This document shows positions 8,202-19,204 of a DNA stretch of 19,358 nucleotides, one piece after another. Each line of letters begins with the position of its first letter. Positions within the stretch are counted from its first letter, which is position 1. The DNA is from an uncultured bacterium (GTDB lineage: Bacteria > Lernaellota > Lernaellaia > Lernaellales > Lernaellaceae). The stretch lies in NCBI GenBank assembly GCA_964534375.1, contig CAZHPN010000121.1, positions 1-19,358 on the forward strand, written 5' to 3'. A model generated the notes under the pieces. It saw only the letters and a list, made by a program, of their open reading frames with translations. It was not told where the DNA came from and ran no database searches. A program made the position numbers and the translations under genes.

Positions 8202-8230
8202 TTGATATCGGAATATCTGTCATCCATAAT
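8202..8230 (+). promoter_or_regulatory. Putative sigma70 promoter for the secreted hypothetical protein
   Basis: TTGATA (8202-8207), 17 bp, CATAAT (8225-8230); AAGGAGG RBS before ATG 8258. Confidence 0.65.
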
Positions 8231-8257
8231 ACGGTTAAACCAACGAAGGAGGCGGCC

Positions 8258-8908
8258 ATGAGACGGATGCGCGTCTGGTTCGCGATGGGCGTGGTGTTCG
8301 CGTTGGCGGCGGCGACGGCTCTTGCGGCGGATTCAGCAGGCGTCAAGGGCGTCAACCAGGCCAAGGAGTTCACGGTTCTCGGGAAGACCGTCGCCGTGAC
8401 CATCACGAGCCCCGGCGGCGTCACAATCACGGTCGATGGCGTGTTGCGATATCAGGGCGGACCAGGGATTCCTTATAAGTTCTATGGATACGCCGAAAAG
8501 GACGAGGAAGCGCGGGTCTTGTCGGAGCGCAACCCCGTGGCGGTCGAGTTCGGCCCCGTGATCGACCTGAAGGACCACTCGGTGCTGGTCTTCGAGACCT
8601 GGCACAAGGCAAAGACGGGCCTGATCGGCCGCATCTGGTTGGAGTGCGTCTGGCCTAACGACAAGGACGAATACGTAGACGGGATGTTCATGCGCCACGA
8701 TGGAACCTACTCGTCCTGCCTCGAATCCTTGGCGCCCGGCGCCGACCCGCTGACGGCAAAGACCGCGGTCAAGTCCGTCGAGAAAACGAGCGACACCTCC
8801 TTCCGGTATCGCTGCGGGCCCGCGGCGGATGAGGCCGCGCATCACGAGGTCTATCAGCGGGTGCTCGGATACTACACCGTGAGCGAGCCGATTCCCGAGG
8901 CGAAGTGA
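8258..8908 (+). CDS. Secreted hypothetical protein
   Basis: 216 aa, strong RBS, Sec-type signal peptide (MRRMRVWFAMGVVFALAAATALA-AD), GC3-biased codons; no family recognised. Confidence 0.8.
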   Translation: MRRMRVWFAMGVVFALAAATALAADSAGVKGVNQAKEFTVLGKTVAVTITSPGGVTITVDGVLRYQGGPGIPYKFYGYAEKDEEARVLSERNPVAVEFGPVIDLKDHSVLVFETWHKAKTGLIGRIWLECVWPNDKDEYVDGMFMRHDGTYSSCLESLAPGADPLTAKTAVKSVEKTSDTSFRYRCGPAADEAAHHEVYQRVLGYYTVSEPIPEAK

Positions 8909-8968
8909 GGCGCCACGCTCGCGTTGCTTCGACCTGGGTCTTGAAGGAGAAAACTCCGCTCTCGTGAC

Positions 8969-9033
8969 GCGGCCTTCGGCCGCAACCGAATGGGTCGCAC
9001 TTAAACCGCCGAGGACGCAGCGGACGCCGGGAT
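8969..9033 (+). repeat. Small palindrome (GCGGCC-TTC-GGCCGC) followed by a degenerate 9-mer array element
   Basis: 8988-9033 aligns with the reverse complement of 17509-17557. Confidence 0.65.
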
Positions 9034-9125
9034 CGGCACGTCTAATGATTTTTTTTACCGCAGGAAGTCAGTCGCCCGGCCTTGAGTCACGCATTGATAT
9101 CGACTCTTTCCCTGCCGCCGGCGCC

Positions 9126-10931
9126 TCACTCGCCCTGAATCACCGGCAGAACGAGCTGTGACTGCTGCCCCGGACCGTAGAGGACGTTAATCGTCGCGGT
9201 CCTGGTCGCGGAACTCGTGGTCTCGAGCACGCCCGTCTGCAGGTTCCTCGAATAGGTCGGGAACCAGGAGGCCATTACGTAAACCCGCAGCCGGTGGCCC
9301 TGCTTGAACGTGTTGCCCGTCAGCAGGTTGTCGAAGTTGAATTCCACCACCTGCCCGGGTTGAAGCAACTCGCGCTGGTCGGTCTTGTCCCGCCAACTCG
9401 CCCTCATCACCTCGTGCCCCGCGCTCTCGAGGTTGAAGGCAGTCCCGTCCGGCGCGACGTCGATCAGCTTCAGATACAAGTCGAAGTCAGGCGCGTCGCT
9501 CGAAACGTATATGTCCGCCCCCACGTGCCCCACGACTTCCTCGTCCTGGGCGAATGGCGCCGTCTGAAAGGTCAATACGTCCGACCGGCTTTCCAGCCCC
9601 CGCAAGTCGAACGCCCCGAAGTTGGTCCCGAACTCGTCCTTCACCGGGTTTGCCGGGTCGGCGACGAAAGACGTCTGCCCCGCCTGCGGCGACGCCGTAG
9701 TGTCTATCGCGCCGGCGCCGTCCCCGGATCCCGGGCCAAGGTAGACGGTCTCCGCCGAGACGTTGATCGGCCACGCGTTCGACGAGAGCCAGATATTGTC
9801 GCCCATGAGATAGGCCTTGACGTTCGGCCATGAGTCCACGCCCTTGTCGATGCCGCGAACGTAACGGTCCAGCCAATCCAGCACCACGTCGTCGTAGTCG
9901 ATCTTCGCGTTGGCGGCGAACTGACGCTCGCCCGAGACCGCCGACTCCGTCGCGTCGACCCCGTGAATCCAAGGCCCGATAAGCAGTTTCGTGCGCGGGT
10001 CGCTCTGCCCGGTGCGCGACGCCAGCAGCCCCAGGAAGTTGTTGATCGCCCCCTCGGTGCCGTACGGCTCGTCGTACCAGCCCGAGAGATTGAGCACCGC
10101 TGCGTTCACCTGGGAATATTTGTCCCGCAGATTGCCCCACTCCCACCACGGGTCGTACGGCCCGTGCTGCAGCCAGGCGTAATGATAGGGTTCGGTGTCT
10201 TTTAGGTAGGGCATGTCCATGCTGGGAAGCCAGCCCTCGATGGCGTCGTCCCCGCCCAGCCGCGCCCACTCCGCCTTCGCTTCGGCGATGGTTTTCGGGC
10301 CGGGCAGGTTCTGCCTCACGCGCGTGTCGGGCGACATATTGACGTAGGACCAACTCGCCCACGCGGACTCGAACACGCCGCCGAAGTAGATGAACTGCGG
10401 GCCGATGGTCGAGAAGCACATGGCGGGGACCATCGCCTTGAGATGCGGCGGATTCTGGACGGCGGCGAGCCACTGCACCGCCCCCGGGTAGGACAGGCCA
10501 AACGTTCCCACGCGCCCGTCGGACCACGGTTGCGCCGCGGCCCACTCGATGGTGTCGTAGCCGTCGGCGCCCTCGTGCTCATACGCGGTGAACTGGCCGT
10601 CCGAGGCATAGCGCCCCCGCACGTCCTGGATGACCATGGCGTACCCCCGCTTCACCGCGTCGTTGAAGAGGCGCTCGTTGTAGGGGTCGCCCTCATTCTT
10701 GTCATAAGGCGTGCGGAAAATCAGGACGGGGTAGCGGCCGATGGCGCCGGGAAGGCGCACGTCGGCCCTCAGGATCACACCATCGCGCATCGGCACAGCA
10801 ACGTTCGGTTCGACGTAAATGTTATCCGGGGAGGATCCTCCGCAGCCAATATGCCAAAAGCCGAGCCCCAGGCACAACACGGCCAGCAGGGCGATATCGC
10901 CGCGGGCCGCCCATCGCCTGCTTGCCTGCAT
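9126..10931 (-). CDS. CocE/NonD family serine hydrolase, probable lipoprotein
   Basis: MRDGVILRAD, RTPY, QDVRGRYASDG, nucleophile GLSYPG, GWYD, GPWIH, C-terminal GHRLRV; lipobox-like IG-C followed by GGSS. Confidence 0.92.
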   Translation of the reverse strand: MQASRRWAARGDIALLAVLCLGLGFWHIGCGGSSPDNIYVEPNVAVPMRDGVILRADVRLPGAIGRYPVLIFRTPYDKNEGDPYNERLFNDAVKRGYAMVIQDVRGRYASDGQFTAYEHEGADGYDTIEWAAAQPWSDGRVGTFGLSYPGAVQWLAAVQNPPHLKAMVPAMCFSTIGPQFIYFGGVFESAWASWSYVNMSPDTRVRQNLPGPKTIAEAKAEWARLGGDDAIEGWLPSMDMPYLKDTEPYHYAWLQHGPYDPWWEWGNLRDKYSQVNAAVLNLSGWYDEPYGTEGAINNFLGLLASRTGQSDPRTKLLIGPWIHGVDATESAVSGERQFAANAKIDYDDVVLDWLDRYVRGIDKGVDSWPNVKAYLMGDNIWLSSNAWPINVSAETVYLGPGSGDGAGAIDTTASPQAGQTSFVADPANPVKDEFGTNFGAFDLRGLESRSDVLTFQTAPFAQDEEVVGHVGADIYVSSDAPDFDLYLKLIDVAPDGTAFNLESAGHEVMRASWRDKTDQRELLQPGQVVEFNFDNLLTGNTFKQGHRLRVYVMASWFPTYSRNLQTGVLETTSSATRTATINVLYGPGQQSQLVLPVIQGE

Positions 10932-11052
10932 CGGACAGATCCTTCCGAGGTGCGGGTTCCGAAAATTCTGCCGGGGAATTTCCGAGATTCTGTTTGGTGG
11001 AATTGATGCCTCAACGGCCAGGGTCCGTCAAGTCCGACGCGCCAGGTTCGGA

Positions 11053-11324
11053 ATGTGGCGACTGTTTTCCGTCGCCATTATTATGTACGGACGCTGGGTG
11101 ACCATCGATCCGCCCACGCTCGCGACGAAATTCCGCGGCGTTATGCCGTCGACGATCTCGCCGACACCGGCGCGCCCAAGGCGGGCGTCTTAGCGGAGAA
11201 TCGATATCGATTTCTTCTCTGGGCCGAAAGTCGCCGGGACCTTCCACGAACCCGCCGCGGCCCTGCGCGCCGGCGAGCAGAACTTCGGCGCCGCGCGCCG
11301 CGCGCGCTGGTTTGGCCGCTGACC
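11053..11324 (+). pseudogene. Possible heavily decayed DUF4160-family gene
   Basis: Across shifting frames: RLFSVAIIMY / DH..PP(H) / KFRG / DTG...AG.L / LLWAE / ..PL, in the order expected for DUF4160. By-eye alignment only. Confidence 0.4.
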
Positions 11325-11332
11325 GCGGGCGA

Positions 11333-12643
11333 TCAAAAGCCGGAAAGAAAATTCAGAAGTTTCGCCCACGAATCCGAATTTGCTTCCGCGGTTCCCTGGG
11401 GCGTGCCGCCGAGATCGAGCCAGAACGACCCGCCGTTGGCCTTGCTCAGCGTGGTGGGCATGTACGGCCGCCAAATGAGGTGTCCGGACGACGGATAGGT
11501 TATCGCGGTCACCGGGTGAGAAAAACCTTTCGCCTTCAGCCTGCTCGCGAGCCCCGTGGCCATCGTCGCGGACATCCAGACGGCGTCAGCGTCGCTCCCA
11601 TAGAGCAACACCGGGCCGCCGGCGTTTTCGAGAGGTATCGACGCTCGGTCGATATCCTCCTTGTTGGCGACGGCCAGCGAATGCTCGTACATGGGCCTGA
11701 AGGAGTATCGCGCCCCGTTCTTGGACGCCTCCTCGAAGGCGGTCAGTTGATCCGGGGTCATTACGATATTGATATATGGCAGAGCCTTGCCCTGCCATGT
11801 CCACGCCGCGGCGCCGGCCGTTCTTCCCGCGCCCGGCCAAAGCACGCAGCTTGGGACGTTCCCAACAACGCCGACGATCTGTTTCGGGAACATCGACGCC
11901 AGAAGGAGCGCGAGTTCAGCGCCGCGCGACACCCCGAACGCCACGAACGAATCCCGTTTCACCTCGGGCTTGGCATTCAGCCACGTAAAGGCTTTCTGGA
12001 AATACTCCAGCGGGATGTTTTCGAGAAACGTCGGCGGTTCCGCCGCCGGGTTGAAGTACTCGAGCGCGAGCACCGGCCGCCTGATCTTCGACGCCAGAAT
12101 CGACGCCAAGTCCTTTTCGGAACCGCCTTCCGATCCGCCGAGCACGATCAGCGCCGGCAGCGGCGCCGTCGCTTCTTTCGGAGCAAAGAACCATCCCTTT
12201 ATCTCTCCATTTACTTCGAGCTGATTCAGATCGACCGACGATTTCAGCTCGACAGCCGTCTTGCCCTGCAAAACGCCGCTCACGGTCATCTCGATGATGA
12301 CATTGGGGATCCCGAGAAACGGGTTTGGATACTTCGCCGCTGGATCGATCGTCATCGACCAGAACAGCCCCGACTGGCTGACCGACGGGTACGTCCCCGA
12401 AATCGGCGCGTCCTTTGAAACGTCCACCACCCCGGTTTTGCCCACCTTGAAGATCGCCTGGGAACTCCAGATCTGGCCGTACTGGTCGGCGCCGGAGGCA
12501 GCGAGGGTCACCTCGGAGTTCGGCGCGAGGTTGACGGCCTTGATCGAGATCGGGTCGCCGGCGATGACCGACAGCGGCGCCACTTCCAGCTTCGGCGACG
12601 AGGCGCTGCGATCGCAACCGTCGCCGGGGTCCGGGCAGAGCAT
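11333..12643 (-). CDS. Acyl-CoA thioesterase / BAAT-like alpha-beta hydrolase
   Basis: N-terminal domain (APISGTY...GLFWSM), LGGSEGG, IPLEYF, GVSRGAELAL (Ser), DADAVW (Asp), SGH (His). Start ATG 12643 after GAGGAG. Confidence 0.9.
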   Translation of the reverse strand: MLCPDPGDGCDRSASSPKLEVAPLSVIAGDPISIKAVNLAPNSEVTLAASGADQYGQIWSSQAIFKVGKTGVVDVSKDAPISGTYPSVSQSGLFWSMTIDPAAKYPNPFLGIPNVIIEMTVSGVLQGKTAVELKSSVDLNQLEVNGEIKGWFFAPKEATAPLPALIVLGGSEGGSEKDLASILASKIRRPVLALEYFNPAAEPPTFLENIPLEYFQKAFTWLNAKPEVKRDSFVAFGVSRGAELALLLASMFPKQIVGVVGNVPSCVLWPGAGRTAGAAAWTWQGKALPYINIVMTPDQLTAFEEASKNGARYSFRPMYEHSLAVANKEDIDRASIPLENAGGPVLLYGSDADAVWMSATMATGLASRLKAKGFSHPVTAITYPSSGHLIWRPYMPTTLSKANGGSFWLDLGGTPQGTAEANSDSWAKLLNFLSGF

Positions 12644-12893
12644 ATGGGAACTCCTCGAAAGGAAATTGTGTGACGACAATAGCGAACTTCGGGCGACCCC
12701 GATAGATGAATTTGAGGCAAAGGCCGGAAAATCCGCAAATACGGGGCATGCATCGGGAAGTACAGGCCTGCGGGGCTCGTCGCTCGGGAGATCTTCGACG
12801 CCGTGCGTGCGATCATCGAGGCGCGCGGGCCGCTCCACCCGACGATTCCGGCGCGCCCGGTCAGGCGGTCCATCGCGGAGTTCGGGTCGCGAA

Positions 12894-12921
12894 TTGACAT
12901 CTCACGTCGCGACATTAGTTT
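12894..12921 (+). promoter_or_regulatory. Putative katG promoter
   Basis: TTGACA (12894-12899), 16 bp, TAGTTT (12916-12921) in an AT-rich patch. Confidence 0.45.
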
Positions 12922-12957
12922 TATAGCAAGTAACCACGCAGATTTGACGGATCGTGA

Positions 12958-15141
<2,184 letters not shown>

Positions 15142-15416
15142 CCGCGGCAAGGATATCTTCGAGGGCCGCCGATCGGGCGGCGAAAAACTCGTTGCCGGCT
15201 AACCCGCCAGCCCGAGCCAAGTCTTTTCCAAAGCGGGATTGAAGACCGCCCTACCGCTGTGGAAAAAACGAATGCGCTTCCCGCGCCGTGCTTAGCCGGC
15301 GTCGCCGCCCTTCCCTGCGGAAAATCGACGCGCCGGGATGCCCGGCAGGCGACGGAAAGGAACCGGCCCGCCTTTTTCGGTCCGGAGGTCGGCGGCCAGG
15401 CGTTCGTCCTCGCCGT

Positions 15417-16046
15417 TCATGACGTTTTTTTCGGTCGAAAATCCCGCGTGTCAATGCAGGCGTCGTAGGTGGGCTTGTCGATTTGAATCCAGTCCGTCTT
15501 GTTGATCCCCCGGCTCTTTTTCAAGAGCGGGCGGCACGGAAAAGCGCTCGCGATCTTTAGCCAGCGCTGCTGCTCCCGCGCGAAAACCCGCACTTCATCC
15601 GCGACCTCGCTCAAATCTTGGTCCTGGCTGCAGATGACGACGACTTCGCACTCCCGCAACCGTATCGCGCGGACGATATCGAGCGCGATACGAACGTCGA
15701 TTCCTTTTTCCTGCCCGACGCGCAACGCCTGCTGCGAGCCATCGGGCGACGTCGCCATTTTCGTCTGATACCGCAATGGACGCGAAAACACTTTGACGCC
15801 CTGGTGGTTCATCGCCGGCAGCTTGGCGGCCCAGAACTGATGCCAGAACGGGTTATCGGTGAGGTCCGGAACGCCCGTGTAGAACTGGACACGCTCACAA
15901 CTCCAGCCCTGCTGCCCGCAGACCGCCTGCGCCAGGCTGAGCACATCGTAATTGGGGTAGCTGTAGCCGAAAGTCTTCTTGACGGCGTGAAAAAGATTCT
16001 GCCCATCGACGAATACAATGGCTCGCGGCTTGGCGCCTTCCGTCAT
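15417..16046 (-). CDS. NYN-domain (LabA/DUF88, PIN-like) putative ribonuclease
   Basis: IVFVDGQNL, QEKGIDVRIALD, SQDQDL acidic metal-binding motifs intact; start at ATG 16046. Confidence 0.9.
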   Translation of the reverse strand: MTEGAKPRAIVFVDGQNLFHAVKKTFGYSYPNYDVLSLAQAVCGQQGWSCERVQFYTGVPDLTDNPFWHQFWAAKLPAMNHQGVKVFSRPLRYQTKMATSPDGSQQALRVGQEKGIDVRIALDIVRAIRLRECEVVVICSQDQDLSEVADEVRVFAREQQRWLKIASAFPCRPLLKKSRGINKTDWIQIDKPTYDACIDTRDFRPKKTS

Positions 16047-16070
16047 GGTTCCAGATCCAGAAATGAATAA

Positions 16071-16105
16071 CCCCACTGGGGGCGCAACGCCGGAGTCCAG
16101 CGGGG
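16071..16105 (-). other. Stem-loop in the NYN 5' leader (candidate cis-regulatory or substrate RNA)
   Basis: RNA CCCCGCUGG-ACUCC-GGCG-UUG-CGCC-C-CCAGUGGGG: 9-bp outer stem with one G-U pair, plus a 4-bp inner hairpin. Confidence 0.55.
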
Positions 16106-16118
16106 AGAAAGTGTTTTT

Positions 16119-16146
16119 ATTATAGCGAGCCGACACGAAGAGTCAA
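16119..16146 (-). promoter_or_regulatory. Near-consensus sigma70 promoter of the NYN gene
   Basis: Minus strand TTGACT (16146-16141), 16 bp, TATAAT (16124-16119). Confidence 0.75.
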
Positions 16147-16222
16147 GCCCGTTTCTGGTTGAAGAAACGCTCTCTGGCTCTTGCCCGATTGCGCGACAGG
16201 CCGCGGCGCGGCGCAGCAGCGC

Positions 16223-17416
16223 TTACATCGTTTCAAAAACCGCTGCCAGGACGCCTTTTATCGCTCTTCCGGGCAGCGGATAGAACAGCCCGGCCGGGTC
16301 GCTCCTGATCGCTTCGAACATCTTATCGAACTGCGTCGCGTCGAGCTTGATGTCGAACTTCGGTCTCACGCCGCATTGTTTCTGCAGCGCGCGCACGGCC
16401 TCGGTGGTCAGCGTCACCAATTCCTGGTCCGAGGCGCCCGGCCGATAGACGCCGAACGCCCGCGCCATCTTCATCGCCGACGGCAGATAATGCTGCGGGT
16501 AATGCTCCATCAGAACGGGGATCAAAACCGCAATCGCGCTCCCATGCGGGATGCGCAACAGGCCGCCGCACGGGTGAGCGACATTGTGGATAGGATAAAA
16601 GCTGCCGGCCATGGAAAACCCCATGATCGCCATATTGCTCGCCGCCAGCATGTTGGTGCGCGCTTCGAGGTCTTTCCCGTTGGCCACCGCGCGCGGCAGG
16701 TTCTCGACGACCAAACGGATGGCCGCCTCGTCGATGGCGTCGATCATCGCGTTGGTGTTCGGCGAACTCAGCCCTTCCACCGCGTGGGAAAGCGCGTCGA
16801 AGCCCGTGTCCGCCGTGATTTTCGCGGGCAGCCCGAGCGTCAGGTCGGGATCGAGAAAAGCGAAGTCGGCCCCCAAGAAAGGGTGCAACAGATCGCCCTT
16901 GACCTGCTGTTCGGCGTTGTAGACGACGGCCACGGGCGACACCTCGGCGCCCGTGCCGGCGGTCGTGGGGATCGCCACGTGCGGAAAGTTCAGCCGCTTG
17001 CCCACCGGCCGCGAGTAAAGGCCGATGTTGCCCGGCATGAGATCCTGAATCCGCACCGCCTTCAGGCCGAGCATCGCTTTCACGCCCTTGACGGTGTCCA
17101 GCACGCTGCCGCCGCCGACCGCCAGCAGGCCGTCGATCGCGTTTTCCCTTACCCAGCGCGCGCAGTCGTTGACGCCGCTCATCTTGGCGTCCGGTTCGAC
17201 CTTGTCATAAATGCCGGCCAATCCCGGCTCGCGCTGCGCCTTGAAGACATCGACGACCATCTCCGCGACGCCGGCCTTCACGAGCCCGGCATCGGTGATC
17301 AAGCCGACCCGCCTCGCGCCCATTTCGATGAAACGCTCCGGCGCAAAAGTCCGGCAGCCGGAGCCGACTTCCACGACGCTGGGGTAATCCCACACGTAAT
17401 ATCGTTGCGCGGCCAT
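16223..17416 (-). CDS. Iron-containing alcohol dehydrogenase
   Basis: VGGGSVLD, IPTTAGTGAEV, DALSHAVEG, HNVAH, PHG metal ligands; AAGGAGG RBS. Confidence 0.93.
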   Translation of the reverse strand: MAAQRYYVWDYPSVVEVGSGCRTFAPERFIEMGARRVGLITDAGLVKAGVAEMVVDVFKAQREPGLAGIYDKVEPDAKMSGVNDCARWVRENAIDGLLAVGGGSVLDTVKGVKAMLGLKAVRIQDLMPGNIGLYSRPVGKRLNFPHVAIPTTAGTGAEVSPVAVVYNAEQQVKGDLLHPFLGADFAFLDPDLTLGLPAKITADTGFDALSHAVEGLSSPNTNAMIDAIDEAAIRLVVENLPRAVANGKDLEARTNMLAASNMAIMGFSMAGSFYPIHNVAHPCGGLLRIPHGSAIAVLIPVLMEHYPQHYLPSAMKMARAFGVYRPGASDQELVTLTTEAVRALQKQCGVRPKFDIKLDATQFDKMFEAIRSDPAGLFYPLPGRAIKGVLAAVFETM

Positions 17417-17433
17417 TGAACGTCCTCCTTGCC

Positions 17434-17468
17434 CAAATTACAAATCGCGAATCGCGAATTGCGAATTA
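17434..17468. repeat. Tandem heptamer array, 5 x CRAATYR
   Basis: CAAATTA CAAATCG CGAATCG CGAATTG CGAATTA. Confidence 0.85.
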
Positions 17469-17510
17469 CCCTCCGCGCTCCCCGCGTTTCCTCGCGAGCC
17501 AACTCGAATT

Positions 17511-17537
17511 CCTCTGTGTCCTCTGCGTCCTCTGTGG
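17511..17537. repeat. Tandem nonamer array, 3 x CCTCTGYGK
   Basis: CCTCTGTGT CCTCTGCGT CCTCTGTGG. Confidence 0.9.
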
Positions 17538-17570
17538 TTTAAGTGGCCATCCCATTCTTCCTCCGCCGCC

Positions 17571-19109
17571 TTACCGGTTGTTCAGCCCGATGAGCGCGTC
17601 GAATGTCATATCCGCAGCCGCGGAAGTCAGATTCTGGCAAACGTGCTTGACCTCGCTGTAGGCGAGCAGCGCGTGATAGCAGTTCTCCCGGCCCATGCCG
17701 CTTTGCTTGTAGCCGCCGAACGGCGCGTCGGGGCGCAGGATGTGCCAGGTGTTGATCCAAACGGTGCCGGTGCGCAGCCGATTGGCGATGCGCTGGGCGC
17801 GGCCGGCGTTCGTGCTGATGACGCCGCCGCCGAGACCATAGGGGCTGTCGTTGGCCATGGCGATCGCCTCGTCTTCTTCGTCGTACGGAATGACACATTG
17901 CACCGGCCCGAATATCTCTTCGCGCACGTGCGTCATTTTGTTGGTGCAATTGGCGAAGATCGTGGGCTCGAAAAAGAAGCCGCGGCCGAGTTCGCCGTCG
18001 GTCAGGCGCCGGCCGCCGTACGCCAATTCGGCGCCCTCTTTTTTGCCGATATCCACGTACGTGGCGATCGTGTCCAACTGCTCCTGGCTGGCGATCGGCC
18101 CCAGATCGGTCTTCGGGCTCAACGGGTCGCCGATGACCATTTTTTTGATCTTGGCGATCATGCCCGCGATCAGTTGGTCCTGCATCCGGCGCGGCACAAA
18201 CAGGCGCGTGCCCGATTCGCAGGCCTGGCCGCTGTGCATCAGGAACGCCAACAGACAAACGTTAACGGCGATATCCATGTCGGCGTCGTCGAGCACCAGA
18301 ATGGGCGACTTGCCGCCCAATTCCAGCGTCACCCGCTTGATGGTTCCCGCGGCGCTGCGGGCGATGCCGCGGCCGACTGCGGTGGAGCCGGTGAAGGCGA
18401 TCTTCCCGACATCCGGGTGTTCGCAGAGCCGCCGGCCGATTTCGGAGCCGGGGCCGGTGACGACGTTGAAAACGCCGGCCGGCACGCCGGCGTCATGGAG
18501 AATTTGGGCCAGCAACAACGTGGTCACGGGGGTGATGCTGGCCGGCTTCATGACGATGGAATTGCCCATGGCGAGCGCCGGGGCGATTTTGTACATGCCC
18601 AGGATCATCGGGAAGTTCCAGGGCGTGATGCCGGCGCAGACCCCGATCGGCTCGCGTTGCCAGTAACTGTGCATCGGCGTGAGCGGCATCGACAGGGCGG
18701 CATGTTCGCATTGCGGCAGCTCCTTCAGGAGCGTCGCGGAAATCATCAGCGACATGGACACGGACGAAATATCCAACATCATCATGCGTCGTATGGTGGC
18801 GCCGGAAGTCAGCGATTCCAGAAACGCCAACTTCCTGGCGTTGGCCATTATCGCCAGCGACGCCTTCGTCAAAATGTCCGCTCGCTCGGCGACCGATTTG
18901 CCTGACCAGACCCCCGATTCAAAGGCGCGGCGCGCCGATTCCACCGCCCGGTCCGCGTCCGCGGCGCCGCCTTTGGGAACCTGCGCCACCGCCTCTTGAT
19001 TCGCGGGGTTGATGACGTCCATCGTCTCCCCGCTTTCGCCCGGCGTCCACGCGCCGTCGATGAACATCCCGTATTTCATGTCATCGGTCACGGCATCCGG
19101 CTTTCCCAT
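17571..19109 (-). CDS. NAD(P)-dependent aldehyde dehydrogenase
   Basis: PWNFP, KPAS, FTGS, LELGGK, catalytic Cys in SGQAC, EEIFGPV, PFGGYKQSG; start ATG 19109 after GGAGGA. Confidence 0.95.
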   Translation of the reverse strand: MGKPDAVTDDMKYGMFIDGAWTPGESGETMDVINPANQEAVAQVPKGGAADADRAVESARRAFESGVWSGKSVAERADILTKASLAIMANARKLAFLESLTSGATIRRMMMLDISSVSMSLMISATLLKELPQCEHAALSMPLTPMHSYWQREPIGVCAGITPWNFPMILGMYKIAPALAMGNSIVMKPASITPVTTLLLAQILHDAGVPAGVFNVVTGPGSEIGRRLCEHPDVGKIAFTGSTAVGRGIARSAAGTIKRVTLELGGKSPILVLDDADMDIAVNVCLLAFLMHSGQACESGTRLFVPRRMQDQLIAGMIAKIKKMVIGDPLSPKTDLGPIASQEQLDTIATYVDIGKKEGAELAYGGRRLTDGELGRGFFFEPTIFANCTNKMTHVREEIFGPVQCVIPYDEEDEAIAMANDSPYGLGGGVISTNAGRAQRIANRLRTGTVWINTWHILRPDAPFGGYKQSGMGRENCYHALLAYSEVKHVCQNLTSAAADMTFDALIGLNNR

Positions 19110-19204
19110 TTGGCGTTCCTCCTTTTTGCGCGTGTGAACTGACAAAAGCGCGAGTCTGTCCTTTGAGCCTCTTGCAGAAATACCGGTTCAATGCGCGACT
19201 TGCC

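Noticed and set aside
12760..12890. Protein-like stretch (LVAREIFDAVRAIIEARGP) upstream of katG
   Set aside because: Too short, with no start signal, to support a gene remnant without a search.
17434..17537. Repeat arrays (here and at 1546-1799) as CRISPR
   Set aside because: Units are 7-9 nt in direct tandem with no unique spacers, and no cas genes are present.
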